DNA of 64,000 nt from Eledone cirrhosa (GCA_964016885.1 OZ024756.1:20522001-20586000), one strand, 5' to 3'. Positions 42,060-61,719 are shown, counted from the first letter of the stretch. The notes: a model not told the origin generated them from the letters alone. Translations and numbers: made by a program.

Positions 42060-43949
42060 TACACAAACATGCACAGCATATTGTTATGGTTGAATGAATC
42101 AGTTCACTAGGTAACTGGTTTTCTAAGAGAAAGGTCAATTAGGCCTGATAGATACCTTTGATAAGAAAAGGTCAAGTAACAAGCCAATGACTAAACCTGT
42201 GTTTATTCAAACAGCTAGAAATAGCAGGTAAATACTTCTCAAAACACACCATAGCTTCATACATTGAATTAGGTAATGTTCTCCAGTATATCTCCTAATT
42301 ATCACCAATAAGACGAGATGGTCAAGGCTGGAATGTCACAAATCAAACTTTACTATCTTAATTAAGGAAATAATATTTGATAGTGTAGTCCTAAATGTAT
42401 TCATCATCGTCATCATCATCGTTCAACATCTATTTTCCACGCTAGCATTGGTTAGACGGGAATTGTCGCACTTGAGGCAAGTATAGCACAGTCTGGCAGG
42501 TTTTCTACGGCTGGATACCCTTCCTAACACCAACCACATTTACAGTGTGGACTGGGAGGTTTTTACCGTGTTACCTACACGGCCACATTACAGCGTGGAC
42601 TGTGTGTTTTTTTGTCGTGACACCTACACAACCTCATTTATTTTGGACTGGATGTTGTGGTACCAACATAACTTTACAGAGAGAGGGTGGTGTTGGTGGG
42701 AGTGGGAGGGGTAGTAGGGGTAGTGGGATGGGGGTGTATATTTGGTTAAGAGGTGCCTACTGACTGTAGGTTTCGCTATGTACATTGTGTATGTAAAAAA
42801 AAAAAAAAAATAGCTATGGCTGTTAAATGTAAATTTGATCATAGATCTGCAAGACCAGACTTGACCTCGGGCTAAACAACAACAACCTTTATCTCCATTG
42901 TTTCAGACAATACATATACATATGTATGTTTGTGCATGTGTTGAACAATGAAAATTTAAAAAAAGTCTAAGATAGGTTTTTGATTAGTTTAGTGTTACAA
43001 TCATTTCAAAGAGTTGATTGATCATGATAGATCAATATATCAACTAGCAGGTAGATAGTGGTTATGTCAATACATATTTCTAGTCTCGAAATCCCTGTTC
43101 CATCACAATGGATTCCTCAGAAACATTGTTTCTGAATCGATCTCCCATGATCAGTCAACCCTCTGAAACTATCGTTAAACAATGAACTAATTAAGAACCT
43201 ATCTTTGACTTTTGTTTTATTTTCATTGTTCAATACACACACACACTCACACACAATCATCATCATCATCATCATCTTACATCTGCTTTTCCCTGCTTGC
43301 AAGGGTGGGACGGGTCCTATTCAGCACGGCATCTCTCCATTCGTCACAAAATTAATACAACTGCTTCAATCCTCTCCCTGTTCCAGCCATCCAGCTGAGG
43401 CCATCAATCAATCAATAAATCCCAAAGCTGGTCCTTTGAATTATGGACACACAACACTATAGATAGCTGAGTGGACTGAAGTAACGAGAGTTAAAATGTT
43501 TCATTGAAAAACACAACACATTGCCCAGTCTAGGAATCGAACTCACAACCTTAGAACCATGGACTGAACTTGCTAACCACTCAGCCACAGCGATAGGCAT
43601 ATACCTTCGCCAATACCATGGAGTTGATGGGAATGAGGGAAGAAACAGATGTTGAACTCTCTGAAGATCAAGTGAATAACCTGAATAATTACAAACTAAT
43701 TATCTTTAATGATTCCTTTTGGAGACTTAATTAATGTGTGTATGTATATGTGTGTGTGTGTGTGTGTGTGCGTGTGTGTGTGTGCGTGAGCAGCTGTGAA
43801 TATTTAGGAGTTTTTACAACCATGGTAACATGTGATGTCAAATGGAAATATACAACTATCTCTCTCCCTCCCTCTCACTCTCTCTCGTTCACACTTTCTA
43901 TCTCCAAAGTTTGAGCCCTCTATATACATGTATATGTGTGTGTATAAAG

Positions 43950-44270
43950 TACATGGCTTAGTGCTTAAGGGGTTTGGCTGACAACCATAAGGCCGAAAAT
44001 TCAATTCGCAGCAGGATGTTTTGTCCTTGAGCAAGACACTCTATTTCACATTGCTCCAATGCACTCAGCAGGCAAAAATTAGTTGTGCCTGTAATTCCAA
44101 GGGATCACCCTTGTCACATACTGTGTCATGTTGAATCTCCCTGAGAACTATGCTAAGGGTGGTGCACAAGCATGTGGAATGTTCAGCCACTTACACGTTT
44201 ATTTCACAAGAATGCTGTTCTGTTGTTCAAAGACTGAGACACTTGTCGTCGGAACCAACAAAGATCCAGC

Positions 44271-44272
<2 letters not shown>
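43950..44272 (+). mobile_element. tRNA-headed SINE
   Basis: atggcttagtgcttaagggg...tgtccttgagcaagacact...ttgctcca; related heads at 13335-13460, 23108-23232, 43465-43590. Confidence 0.7.
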
Positions 44273-44299
<27 letters not shown>

Positions 44300-44302
<3 letters not shown>

Positions 44303-45005
44303 GGCCCAACCTCCCTCATGGTGGGACCTTCCAGGTCCCAAATTATGGTTCCAATGTGGGCAGGGTAGAGTGCGGGCAACCGGCCAGATCCTCCTCATAA
44401 GAGTGCCACCCAGGGCCCCACTATGAGTAAGGCTTGCTGAGGCCAACTGACCTGACCTTTCCTCATAATGGGACCACCCAGATCCCAAAATATAGTCACA
44501 GTCCCGATATGTGCAGGGTACAGAACGGCCATCTGACCAGACTAGGCTCATATTGAGACCACCCGGTAACACAGCTCCGTTATGAGTAACGCTTGGCATG
44601 GTCAACTGGCCCAATATTGCCTCATGGTGGGACCACCTAGATCCCAACTATGGTTCCAATGTGGGCAAGGTACAGTGTGGTCAACTGGCCAGACTCTCCT
44701 CATAACAGTGCCACTCGTGGTTCCATTAGAATAAGGCTTGCTGAGTCCAACTGACCAGACTTCCGTCATAACAGGATCACCCAGATCCCAAAATACAGTA
44801 ACAGTCCTGATATTGTGCAAGGTACAGCGCAGCCATCTAACCAGACTTGGCTCATAACAAGACCACCCAGTAAAATGGCTCCACTCTGAGTAAGGGCTTC
44901 ATGCAACCGATGGCCAGACATGCCTCATAGTGGGACCACGTGGCTCCCAAATTACCGTTCCAGCATGAGCAGGGTATGGTGGGTGACTGGTCTGTCCCTC
45001 CTCAA
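44300..45005. repeat. Higher-order repeat, ~305-bp period of four diverged ~70-85 bp monomers
   Basis: ggcccaa..cctcatggtgggacc at about 44303 and 44608, third partial copy near 44912. Confidence 0.75.
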
Positions 45006-45261
45006 TGTTGCCATCCAGTTCCACACTGTAAATATGGCTGGTGTTAGGAAGGGCATCCGGCTGTAAAGATCCCAGCCAAAATACAGTTGTCTGAGCAAGG
45101 GATGGACTGCCAATTGGTCAGACTTGTCACATGACATGTGCAACCCATCTAACCCATGCAAGCATGGAGAATGGACGTTAAAAGGTGATGATGATATGTA
45201 TGTGTGTGCGTGTGTATAAATATATATGTTAAACAATGAACGAATAAGAAAAACAAATAGA

Positions 45262-45706
45262 AAAGGTCAGTAGCTTCCCTACTCAACACCGTCCCACCAG
45301 AGAAGGTCAGCAGCTCTCCCACACGATACCGGTCCACCAGAAGAGGTCAGCAGCTCCCCCACTTGACACTGGCCCACCAGAAGAGGTCAGCAGCTTCCCT
45401 ACTCAACACCGACCCAGCAGAAGCGGCCAGCAGCTCCCACATTTAACACCGACCTTCCAGAAGAGGTCAGCAGCTCCCCCACCAGAAGAGGTCAGCAGCT
45501 CCCCCACTTGACACTGGCCCACCAGAAGAGGTCAGCAGCTTCCCTACTCAACACCGACCCAGCAGAAGCGGCCAGCAGCTCCCACATTTAACACCGACCC
45601 TCCAGAAGAGGTCAGCAGCTCCCCCACCAGAAGAGGTCAGCAGCTCCTCCACCAGAAGAGGTCAGTATCTCCCCCACTTGACACCGGCTCACCAGAAGAG
45701 GTCAGT
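45262..45706. repeat. ~40-bp minisatellite with ~145-bp higher-order duplication
   Basis: ccagaagaggtcagcagctccc recurs. Confidence 0.85.
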
Positions 45707-47176
45707 GGCACCAATCAAGTATTGACTCATTCTCAGACAACTTGTCCAACCCTGGCTAGTATGGACAATGGGCGTTAAATGATTGCAATAAGGGGAGTGA
45801 CACACAAACACAAATATACACATATATATATATATATATATACACACACATATATGTGTGTATGTGTGTGTGTATATGTGTGTGTGTGTGTATTTGTGTG
45901 AGTGTTTGTGTGTCTTGAAATACACACATGCAGATACATAAATACAAGCATTCACAAACGTGCATACATACAGACATATTTATGCACACACACACACATA
46001 CATACATATACACACACACATACATATACAGACATACACATGCAAATACACACACACATACACACACATACATACATACACAAAGCTATCACCATATTCA
46101 TATTCTCGTTAATAGCTTATAAACCACGATTATCAAACTATCGACTCTGGTTGCAAATGAGAAGAAAACACAAACAAATAAACAAACCAAAACTAAACAG
46201 AAGTAAATAAAAATACAAAATAAACAACGGGTTAAAAAAAAGACAAAATAGATAAAATAAATAAACATTGTTTGATTTAGTGTCGAGCATTGACCTTTGT
46301 AATGCTGGAGGAATGGAGGAACGGTGTAGGTTTGGTTATTCTGTGATAGAAGAATTAACAGATGAATGATGAACAAAATAGACTGGTGAATGGAAGGGTG
46401 GAAGATGGGGGGAAAGACTAGAATAATAATGATGATGATAATGATGATAATAATAATGATTTCATTTATTGGCCACAAGGGCCGATAATAATAATGATTT
46501 CTAGTATAGGCACAAGGCCAGTAATTTGGGGGGAAGGGTAAAGTCGATTAAATCGACAACCAGTACATTACTGGTACTTTATTTAATCCACCCCGTAAGG
46601 ATGAAAGGCAAAGTTAACCACGGCGGGATTTGAACTCAGACCATAAAGGGCCGTAACTCTATGCTGCAAAGCATGGTGTCCGACTCTCTACCGATACTGC
46701 CAATCCACCACCCTAGGGCCGATAATAATAATAATAATAATAATAATAATTGTCTCTACTTTAGGCACAAGGCCAGCAATTACCCAGCAATTACCCAGCA
46801 ATTACCCAGCAATTACCCAGCAATTACCCAGTGCATTACTGAAAGGCAAAGTCAACCTCGGCGGGATTTGAACTCAGATCGTAAAGGGACGTAACTCTAT
46901 GCTGGAAAGCATGGCGTCCGACCCTCTACTGATACTGCCAATCCACGATAATTATGATAATAATGATAATGATAGTGATGGTGATAGTGTTGATAACAAT
47001 GATGATGATGATAAAGATGATGTTGATAATAATAGATAGAGAAACAACATGTGTCCGAGCAAGCACAGAGTAGAAAGAAAGAAAGGAAAAGATAAAGGAA
47101 GCAGGGAGATCCATTCTGTGAGGACGGACGGCAGTGGCTAGTACTGCGTCAGTGTTTGTTATTAAACTCAGATTCT

Positions 47177-47190
47177 GTTACCGTGGTAAC
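47177..47190. promoter_or_regulatory. RFX X-box-like palindrome GTTACCGTGGTAAC
   Basis: Matches the X-box consensus GTNRCC(N0-3)RGYAAC; lies in a unique island. Confidence 0.35.
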
Positions 47191-47239
47191 AGTTTGTGAA
47201 CTAACTGCTGTGTTTTAATACATTTCTAACTGATATCAT

Positions 47240-50300
<3,061 letters not shown>

Positions 50301-50589
50301 TATGGTCTGTGATATTCTCTTGATGTCATTAAGGAATTTGCTGCTTCCAGTTCCAGCTGCCTTCGACTGGATCGGAAATAATTTTTCACTACTTTGCAAA
50401 GCTAAACCGTTAAATCATTTGTCTCCTACCAATTCCATGATTTCATATTTTCACACATTCATGGGGGAGGCTGGAAAGGTAGGGGTGAAGGTAAGAGTGG
50501 GGAGGGGGTAGCTGGCTGAAGCGGTAGAGTGCCAGACTGCATACACTGGTATAATAAATATATAACATTCAACATAGGGTAGGGACGCT

Positions 50590-51370
50590 AGTGCTGGTGC
50601 CATGATAAAATGCACCCAGTACACTCCGTAAAGTGTTTGCTGTTAGGGAAGGGCACCCAATCATAGAAACCATGCTAAAAATGCTAAGGAGAGGGCTTCA
50701 GTCATGTCATTGACTTGACCTGGCAGCCACTAATACTAATGCTGGTGTCACAATGAAATGCACGCAGTACACTCTGTAAAGTGGTTGGTGTTAGGGAGGC
50801 ATACAACCGTAGAAACCATACCAAAAAATGGTGGAAAGGATTGTTCAGTTGTGTCAATGACATGACAACCTCCCTCGTGCTGGTGCCATGATAGAATGCA
50901 CCCAGTACACTCTGTAAAGTGGTTGGTGTTAGGGAGGCATATAATCGTAGAAACCATACTAAAAAATGGTGGAAAGGATTGTTCAGTTGTGTCAATGACA
51001 TGACAACCTCCCTCGTGCTGGTGCCATGATAGAATGCACCCAGTACACTCTGTAAAGTGGTTGGTGTTAGGGAGGCATACAACCGTAGAAACCATACCAA
51101 AAAATGGTGCAAAGGATTGTTCAGTTGTGTCAATGACATGACAACCTCCCTCATGTTGGTGCCATGATAGAATGCACCCAGTACACTCTGTAAAGTGGTT
51201 GGTGTTAGGGAGGCATATAATCGTAGAAACCATACCAAAAAATGGTGGAAAGGATTGTTCAGTTGTGTCAATGACATGACAACCTCCCTCGTGTTGGTGT
51301 CGCAATGAAATGCACCCAGTACACTCTGTAAAGTGATGGGTGTTAGAAAGGACATCCAGCAGCAGAAACT
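50590..51370 (+). repeat. 138-bp tandem repeat of a SINE family B body
   Basis: Units at 50741, 50879, 51017, 51155, 51293 plus a diverged first unit; length divisible by 3 explains the ORFs. Confidence 0.85.
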
Positions 51371-52219
51371 GGGCCAAAACTAGAACACGTGAGATATGGC
51401 TTGTCTAGGAGGACAGTAGCTCAAATTGATTACTTTCTTGGTCTGTACTACCTGTCCGAAGTGGCAAATTAGATGAGGCATTAGAATGTTGGATAGAATC
51501 TTCTTCAGTATTCGTTCCAACTCTTTGCGCTGAGTTCAAATCCCACCGAGGTCAACTTTGCCTTTCATCTATTCAAGGTCAATAAAAAAAAAGTACCAGT
51601 CATCATACTGGGGTCGAATATTCCTCTATATTTCTTTCTCACTTCCATTCTCTTACTCTCTCTATCTTTCTCTGGGAAAATCTGCTGTATTCAGACCTGG
51701 AGAGGAGATGGGGATCCACCAGGTTTTAAAAATGCCCTAGAAAAGCCATATATTAATATGGCACCTCTTTGATTCCCTCAGGAGTTACAGGACCATGCAT
51801 GCAACTACCTGTCCAAACTGTTGTAATTACCTGTCCAAACTGTTGTAATTACCTGTCCAACCTATACCAACATGAAAAAAAAAAAAGCAGATATAAAAAT
51901 ATAATTGTTTCTACGTTAGGCACAAGGCCAGCAATTACCCAGTGCATTACTTGTACTTTATTTTATCGACCCCGTAAAGATGAAAGGCAAAGTTAACCTC
52001 AGCGGGATTTGAACTCAGAATGACAAGAACCGTAACTCTATACGTTTTCTAGGCAGATATGAAATAATAATGATGATATACAGTTCTATACATTCTGAGG
52101 TGAAAGATTTCGTGAATCATTTCTACAAAAGCAGTTAAAGTACCAGCAATATACTGGGGTTACAGCTCACAAAAACTATAGGTTTAATCAGCCTCCACTT
52201 CCTCTTTTCTATTTCTTCA

Positions 52220-52854
52220 CTGATGTTGATAGTGTTGGTGGTGGTGGTGGTAGCAGTGGTGGTGGCGGCGGCGGTGGTGGCGGTGGTGGTAACGGTGGTA
52301 ATGGTGATGATGGTAGTGGTAGTGATAGTGGTAGTGATGATAGTGGTGATGGTGATGATGGTAGTGGTAGTGATGATAGTGGTAGTGGTGATGGTGATGA
52401 TGGGAGTGGTAGTGATGATAGTGGTAGTGGTGATGGTGATGATGGTAGTGGTGATGATAATGGTAGTGGTGATGGTGATGATGGTAGTGGCAGTGATGGT
52501 GGTACTGATAATGATGGCGGTAGTGATGATGATGATGAAGATGGTGGTGGTGGTGGCAGTGATGATGATAATGATAGTGGTAATAGTGGTGATGATGATG
52601 ATGATGATAGTGGTAATGGTGGTGATGATGATGACGGCGGTGGTGATGATATTGATGATGATGTGGTGGTAGTGATGATGATAATGATAGTGGTAATAGT
52701 GGTGGTGGTGGTGATGATGATGGTGGTGGTGGTGGTGGTGGTGGTGGTGATGATAGTGGTAGTGGTGGTGATGATAGTGGTAGTGGTGGTGGTGATGATG
52801 ATGACGGTGGTGGTAGTGATGATGATGATGACGACGATGACGACGGTGATAATA

Positions 52855-52885
<31 letters not shown>
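52220..52885. repeat. (GGT/GAT/AGT)n microsatellite
   Basis: Low complexity. Confidence 0.9.
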
Positions 52886-53154
52886 TCTCAAACTGAGAAG
52901 CTAATCACCATCACTTGCTATCAAACCTAACAACATAAAAGCACTACAGCACTGCAACCTAACAACAACAACAACAACAAGACAACAAAAATCCAGAAGA
53001 AAGAAAAAGAAAAAGGACAAAGAAAGAAAGAAGGAAGTAAAGAAAGAAAGAAAGGGTTATAGTGATTGAGTAGAGTGTTTTAGCGAAGCTGTTGCCAATT
53101 ATACCAGTGTTTAGATTCTGTTACCTGAGTGCCTAGCAACAGTGGTCATCGTCA

Positions 53155-56100
53155 CACACACACACATATATATAGATATATATACATACACATACATATA
53201 TAGGTAGATATACATACACATACATATATAGGTAGATATACATACACATACATATATAGATGGATATACATACACATACATAGATAGATATACATACACA
53301 CACATATATAGATATACATACACACACATATATATAGATATATATACATACACACACACACATATATATAGATATATATACATACACATACATATATAGA
53401 TAGATATACATACACATACATATATAGATATATATACATACACATACATATATAGATATATATACATACACATACATAGATAGATATACATACACAAACA
53501 TATATATAGATATACATACACATACATATATAGATATATACATATATAGATATATATACATACACATACATATATAGATATATATACATACACATACATA
53601 TATAGATAGATATACATACACATACATATATAGATATATATACATACACATACATATATAGATAGATATACATACACATACATATATATATAGATATACA
53701 TATACATACATATATATATAGATATACATACACATACATATATAGATATATATACATACACATACACATAGATAGATATACATACACACACATATATATA
53801 GATATATATACATACACACACATATATAGATATATATATACATACACACACATATATAGATAGATATACATACACATACATATATAGATGGATATACATA
53901 CACATACATATATAGATGGATATACATACATATATAGATGGATATACATACATATACAGATGGATATACATACACATACATATATAGATAGATATACATA
54001 CACATACATAGATAGATAGATAGATATACATACACATACATATATAGATATATATACATACACATACATATATAGATAGATATACATACACATACATATA
54101 TAGATATATATACATACACATACATATATAGATATATATACATACACATACATATATAGATATATATACATACACATATAGATATATATACATACACATA
54201 CATATATAGATATACATACACATACATATATATAGATATACATACACACACATATATATAGATATACATACACACACATATATATAGATATACATACACA
54301 CACATATATATAGATATACATACACATACATATATAGATAGATATACATACACATATAGATAGATATACATACACACATAGATAGATATACATACACACA
54401 TAGATAGATATACATACACACATATATAGATAGATATACATACACATACATATATAGATATATATACATACACATACATATATAGATAGATATACATACA
54501 CATACATATATAGATAGATATACATACACATACATATATAGATATATATACATACACATACATATATAGATAGATATACATACACATATAGATAGATATA
54601 CATACACATATAGATATATATACATACACATATAGATATATATACATACACATATAGATATAGATACATACACATACATATATAGATACATACACATACA
54701 TATATAGATATACATACACATACATATATATAGATATACATACACATACATATATATAGATATACATACACATACATATATATAGATATACATACACACA
54801 TATATATAGATATACATACACATACATATATAAATAGATATACATACACATATAGATAGATATACATACACACATATATAGATAGATATACATACACATA
54901 CATATATAGATAGATATACATACATATACATATATAGATATATATACATACATATACATATATAGATATATATACATACACATACATATATAGATAGATA
55001 TACATACACATACATATATAGATAGATATACATACACATATATATAGATAGATATACATACATATATATATAGATATACATATACATACATATATATATA
55101 GATATACATATACATACATATATAGATGGATATACATACACATACATAGATAGATATACATACACATACATATATAGATAGATATACATACACATATAGA
55201 TAGATATACATACACACATATATAGATAGATATACATACACATACATATATAGATAGATATACATACACATACATATATAGATAGATATACATACATATA
55301 CATATATAGATATATATACATACATATACATATATAGATATATATACATACACATACATATATAGATAGATATACATACACATACATATATAGATAGATA
55401 TACATACACATACATATATAGATAGATATACATACATATATATATAGATATACATACATATATATATAGATATACATACATATATATATAGATATACATA
55501 TACATACATATATATATAGATATACATACATATATAGATGGATATACATACACATACATAGATAGATATACATACACATACATATATAGATGGATATACA
55601 TACACATATATAGATAGATATACATACACATACATATATAGATAGATATACATACACACACATATATAGATAGATATACATACACATACATATATACATA
55701 CACATACATACACATACATATATACATACACATACATATATAGATATATATACATACACATACATATATACATACATATACATATATAGATATATATACA
55801 TACACATACATATATAGATATATATACATACACATACATATATAGATAGATATACACACATATATAGATAGATATACATACACATACATATATAGATAGA
55901 TATACATACACATACATATATAGATAGATATACATACACATACATATATAGATATATATACATACACATACATATATAGATATATATACATACACATACA
56001 TATATAGATAGATATACATACACATACATATATAGATAGATATACATACACATACATATATAGATAGATATACATACACATACATATATAGATAATACAT

Positions 56101-57350
56101 ACACATACATATATAGATGGATATACATACACATACATATATAGATGGATATACATACACATACATATATAGATAGATATACATACACATACATATATAG
56201 ATGGATATACATACACATACATATATAGATAGATATACATACACATACATATATAGATAGATATACATACACATACATATATAGATATATCTACATACAC
56301 ATACATATATAGATATATATACATACACATACATATATAGATGGATATACATACACACACATATATATATATATATAGATGGATATACATACACACATAT
56401 ATAGATAGATATACATACACATACATATATAGATAGATACACATACATATATAGATAGATATACATACACATACATATATAGATAGATACACACATATAT
56501 AGATATATAGATAGATATACATACACATACAGATAGATATACATACACATACATAGATAGATAGATATACATACACATACATATATAGATATATATACAT
56601 ACACATACATATATAGATAGATATACATACACATACATATATAGATAGATATACATACACATACATATATAGATATATATACATACACATACATATATAG
56701 ATATATATACATACACATACATATATAGATATATATACATACACATACATATATAGATATATATACATACACATACATATATAGATATATATATACATAC
56801 ACATACATATATAGATATATATACATACACATACATATATAGATATATATACATACACATACATATATAGATGGATATACATACATATACATATATAGAT
56901 ATATATACATACACATACATATATAGATATATATACATACACATACATATATAGATAGATATACATACACATACATATATAGATAATACATACACATACA
57001 TATATAGATGGATATACATACACATACATATATAGATGGATATACATACACATACATATATAGATGGATATACATACACATACATATATAGATAGATATA
57101 CATACACATACATATATAGATAGATATACATACACATACATATATAGATAGATATACATACACATACATATATAGATATATATACATACACATACATATA
57201 TAGATATATATACATACACATACATATATAGATATATATACATACACATACATATATAGATATATATACATACACATACATAGATAGATATACATACACA
57301 TACATATATAGATATATATACATACACATACATATATAGATAGATATAAG
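53155..57350. repeat. 4.2-kb ~24-32 bp satellite (atagatagatatacatacacatacatat)
   Basis: Explains the >1000 aa minus-strand ORFs. Confidence 0.95.
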
Positions 57351-58151
57351 ATCAAAAGATGGTTAAAAAGAGTTCCAAGTATTTTATTATATGCATTTCA
57401 AAAACAAATATCATGGGATGATATCTGCGTTTTCATCAGATAAAATAGTGATACATGATATGACGCTTAAGAAAACACTTGTAAATAGTGAAGTTTTAAA
57501 TCAACATATGAAAAATAATTTAAGATTGATGCATGAGATTGGGAAAAAGTGATGGAGGGGGGGGGGGGGGGTAAGGAAGAGGAGGAGATGAGAGTAAAGA
57601 ATGGTGGGGGAGGAGTATAAGAAGGAAGGATGAGAGAGGAGGAGAGATGGGTGATTGAGAGAGAGAGAGATAGCCTTTATAACTGAGAAAAAAAATATAT
57701 TGTCTCACAGAGAGAAGTTAAAAAGCCGTTGGAAGATAATAGATAATTTAAAAGAATTTGAAATTAAAAGTTAATGAGGTTTATGCATGTAGAGTGCTAC
57801 TTATCTGATATTTGCATTGCTTTAATGTGCTACAATAAAACTCACCTCCTACATATATATATATATATATACATAATTACACATATACATATATATATAT
57901 ACATACATACACATATATATATATACATACACACATACATATATACACACATATATATATATATATGCATACATACACATATATATATATATACATACAC
58001 ACATACATATATATACATACACACATACATATATACACATACACACATACATATATACACATATATATACATACACATACATACATATATACACATATAT
58101 ATACATACACATACATACATATATACACATATATACATACATATATACACA

Positions 58152-58555
58152 TGGTGGCTGCCAACTCGTTTTCAAGTATGGCCACTACTTTATATCCATG
58201 TAGGAAAATTCCTACCGAAGCGCTGAACGAGTGTGACTTTAGTCCAGCCAGCGACTTGAAAACTCTGGTACAAACACTACACTTGTGACAATTATTGACA
58301 CATAGTGCTGGGCCCATGGTACCATGTGACGACAAGTGCAGAGAGATCTCCAGATATAAAGCAATGCCTGTGCCGTGAAGCTTTTATAGTGAGCAAAGGC
58401 ACTGCACAAAGCCAGTCCCACTCTCTTAACCAAGATGATATTTACCAAAAAGAAGAACAAGTCAACATCATTGGATACCATCAGGGTTGCAGGTGTTATA
58501 TCAGAGTTTTCCTTCTCCTAGAATTCTGCCTTGACAAAGGCTAAGGAGTCATCTA
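58152..58555 (-). mobile_element. RTE-group LINE 3' fragment with C-terminal C2H2-like motif
   Basis: [19 protein letters not shown]; degraded upstream; embedded in (CA/TA)n on both sides. Confidence 0.6.
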
Positions 58556-58730
58556 CACATATATACATACATACACACACACATACATACACATATATAC
58601 ATACATACACATATATATATACATACACATATATATACATACACATATACATATATACATACATACATATATACACACATACATATATATACACACATAC
58701 ATATATACACACACATACATATATACATTC

Positions 58731-58761
<31 letters not shown>

Positions 58762-59377
58762 CATATACACATACATACACATACATACACATACATATAT
58801 ATATACATATATACACATATATACATACACATATATACACACACATACATACACACACACACATATATACACACATACAAATACATACATATACATACAT
58901 ATATACATACAAATACATATATACACACAAACATATCTGTGCACATACATGTACACACACAAGTACGTGCACACACACACACGATGTTGGGTTAACTAGT
59001 TCCCTGTACACACACATAAATGGGCAAACACACACACACACACAGACACAACCACTCACATACACACACTAAGACACACATGATTAGGCCATGCATGATT
59101 AGGTTAATCAGCCCCCCACCCCCACCCACCCCACACACACACGCACATATATACATACACACATACATATACATGATTAGATTAACCAAGTCCTCATAAC
59201 ACACACATAGGCACCAAAAGTAGAAATACATGCCTAATGTAGAAACAATTATATAAAGCAGAAGAATTATTTCTCTCTAAACAGTTTCTATTTATTGTCT
59301 TCTTAGATTTACCATGTTCCATTTATATAACCAGTTTTATATATGTATATATTTATTGTACTTATATAGGGACAGCT

Positions 59378-59755
59378 TGTGTTACATCTGTTGTGTCGTT
59401 ACATCTGCTGTGTCATTACATCTGCTGTGTCGTTACATCTGCTGTGTCGTTACATCTGCTGTGTCGTTACATCTGCTGTGTCGTAACATCTGTTGCGCTG
59501 TTACATCTGTTGCGCTGTTACATCTGTTGCGCTGTTACATCTGTTGCATCTGCTGCGCTGTTACATCTGTTGCGTCGTTACATCTGTTGCGTCGTTACAT
59601 CTGTTGCGTCGTTACATCTGTTGCGTCGTTACATCTGTTGCGTCGTTACATCTGTTGCGTCGTTACATCTGTTGCGTCGTTACATCTGTTGCGTCGTTAC
59701 ATCTGTTGCGTCGTTACATCTGTTGTGTCGTTACATCTGTTGTGTTGTGTTACAT
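59378..59755. repeat. 17-bp minisatellite
   Basis: gttacatctgttgcgtc about 20 times. Confidence 0.95.
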
Positions 59756-60405
59756 ACACCTTGTATTACATTTGTTATGTTACATCAACATTGTGTTACA
59801 TCTGTTGTGTTACATTATCTTGTATTACTTTACTGTAGTTGCCAAAGTGGTTGTCATAGAATCACTAAGATGTACAAGTCAAGTGAAACATTGTAGACAG
59901 GGACAGTGTGGAAACCTGTTAGCTGAACTGTAACACATGTTATAGAAAAAGCCAGCCATGTCCCACTGATTCCTTCCTGATCTGGGGAAGGTAAGGTGAG
60001 GTGAATGCCATTAACCCTTTTTAATGAACCAGCCCTGTGTCACACCTACCATGTCACACCTACTGTGTTACACCTACTGCATTACACATACTGTGTTACA
60101 CTAATTCTTCCTGGGGTGTTTAGCTGCTGGATCTGGGGAAGATAAGGTCAGGTGGAATCCATTAACCCTTCTGTTACCAAATTTCTAACAAAAGACACTG
60201 TCTCTCATTTACAAATAATTTTTAAATGAATAAAGAATTTAAATGAATAAAGAATTTGTAGAGATTTAGTAATATAACGAAGTAATATAATGAACTAATT
60301 AAACTGGTGTTTGGAACATAACTTAACAAAGGTTCTTACATAAAAATATGATGGAATATTTTTTGATAAATATAGATACATTACAATGAGTAATTTTGTA
60401 ATATA

Positions 60406-60607
60406 TGATGGTCGACTGAAAAGTACGTAGGCTAACTACGAAGGATTGATGTTAAGGCTGTGAAATCTTGTATGCATTAATTTCAACTCTTATTAATAGC
60501 TGCATTGTTTTTGTTTTCTTTCCAGGGACTATGTTAAAAAACAAACCTCATTTGGTCATTCCATGAGAGTATCTTGGTCAGCCTATGAACCTTTCAGCCA
60601 ACCCTTG
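60406..60607. mobile_element. mariner-type MITE nested in a TTAA-type MITE (about 60165-60625)
   Basis: TA|tgatggtcgactgaaaagtacgtaggctaac ... gtcagcctatgaacctttcagccaacccttg|TA. Confidence 0.65.
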
Positions 60608-60879
60608 TAGAACCAAAGGCAGTTCCATGATACAGATTGCTGCCATCTTGAAAGAGGAGCTAGGATACATTGGATAAGGTATGAAAAAAATAAAGATATG
60701 GTCACAGCTGGAACAACTTTGACCATAAGTGTGGTGGATCAGGGCTGACCTAGGGCTAAATAATAACTATATATAGTAAAAAAGAAACTATTGCAAGATA
60801 TTCTCCTCGCCCTCTTCCCTCCATAAAATAGCTCCCAATCAGAGTAGCTGTTCATTTTTATTTGTTTCTCTCTCTTTCA

Positions 60880-61137
60880 TATATATATGTATATATATAT
60901 ATATATATATACATATATTTATATATGTATATATACATATATACTTACACACATATATATACACACACACATACATATACACACATATACATATATACAC
61001 ATATACATATATACACATATACATATATATACATTTATACACACACACACACACACCATTCAGCAACAATGAAATGATTAAAAGACATCTTGTCTGATAC
61101 TAATCTGATCTCACAGATCCTTCATAGAGATAGAGAC

Positions 61138-61198
<61 letters not shown>

Positions 61199-61684
61199 CA
61201 GAAGAGGGAGAGAGAGATGGGGGAGAGAGGGAGAGAGAGATGGGGGAGAGAGGGAGAGAGAGATGGGGGAGAGAGGGAGAGAGAGATGGGGGAGAGAGGG
61301 AGAGAGAGATGGGGGAGAGAGGGAGAGAGGGGGAGATGGATACATAGACAGAGACAAACATGAGCAAGATGAGAGAGAGGACACATACATACATATATAC
61401 ATAGAGTGTGGGGAGAGAGAGTGTGGGGGAGAGAGGAAGAGAGAGATGGGGGAGAGGGAGGGAGAGAGAGATGGGGGAGAGGGAGGGAGAGAGATGGGGG
61501 AAGAGAGATGGGGACAGAGAGATGGGGGGAGAGAGGGACAGAGAGATGGGGGGAGAGAGGGACAGAGAGATGGGGGCGAGAGAGAGAGATGGATACATAG
61601 ACATAGAGAGACAAACATGAGCAAGGTGAGAGAGAGAGAGGACACATACATACATACATACATATATGTAGAGAGAGAGAGGAC

Positions 61685-61719
<35 letters not shown>

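Noticed and set aside
50702-51377. Repetitive 210-aa proteins
   Set aside because: Translation of a 138-bp SINE-derived tandem unit
53111-57355. ORFs of 1000-1400 aa, and similar ones at 31530-33662, 48397-50511, 17158-20898
   Set aside because: Open in several frames only because the satellite units lack stop codons; no protein-like complexity
58190-58300. Host C2H2 zinc-finger gene
   Set aside because: Single incomplete finger with degraded flanks; fits an RTE-group LINE C-terminus better
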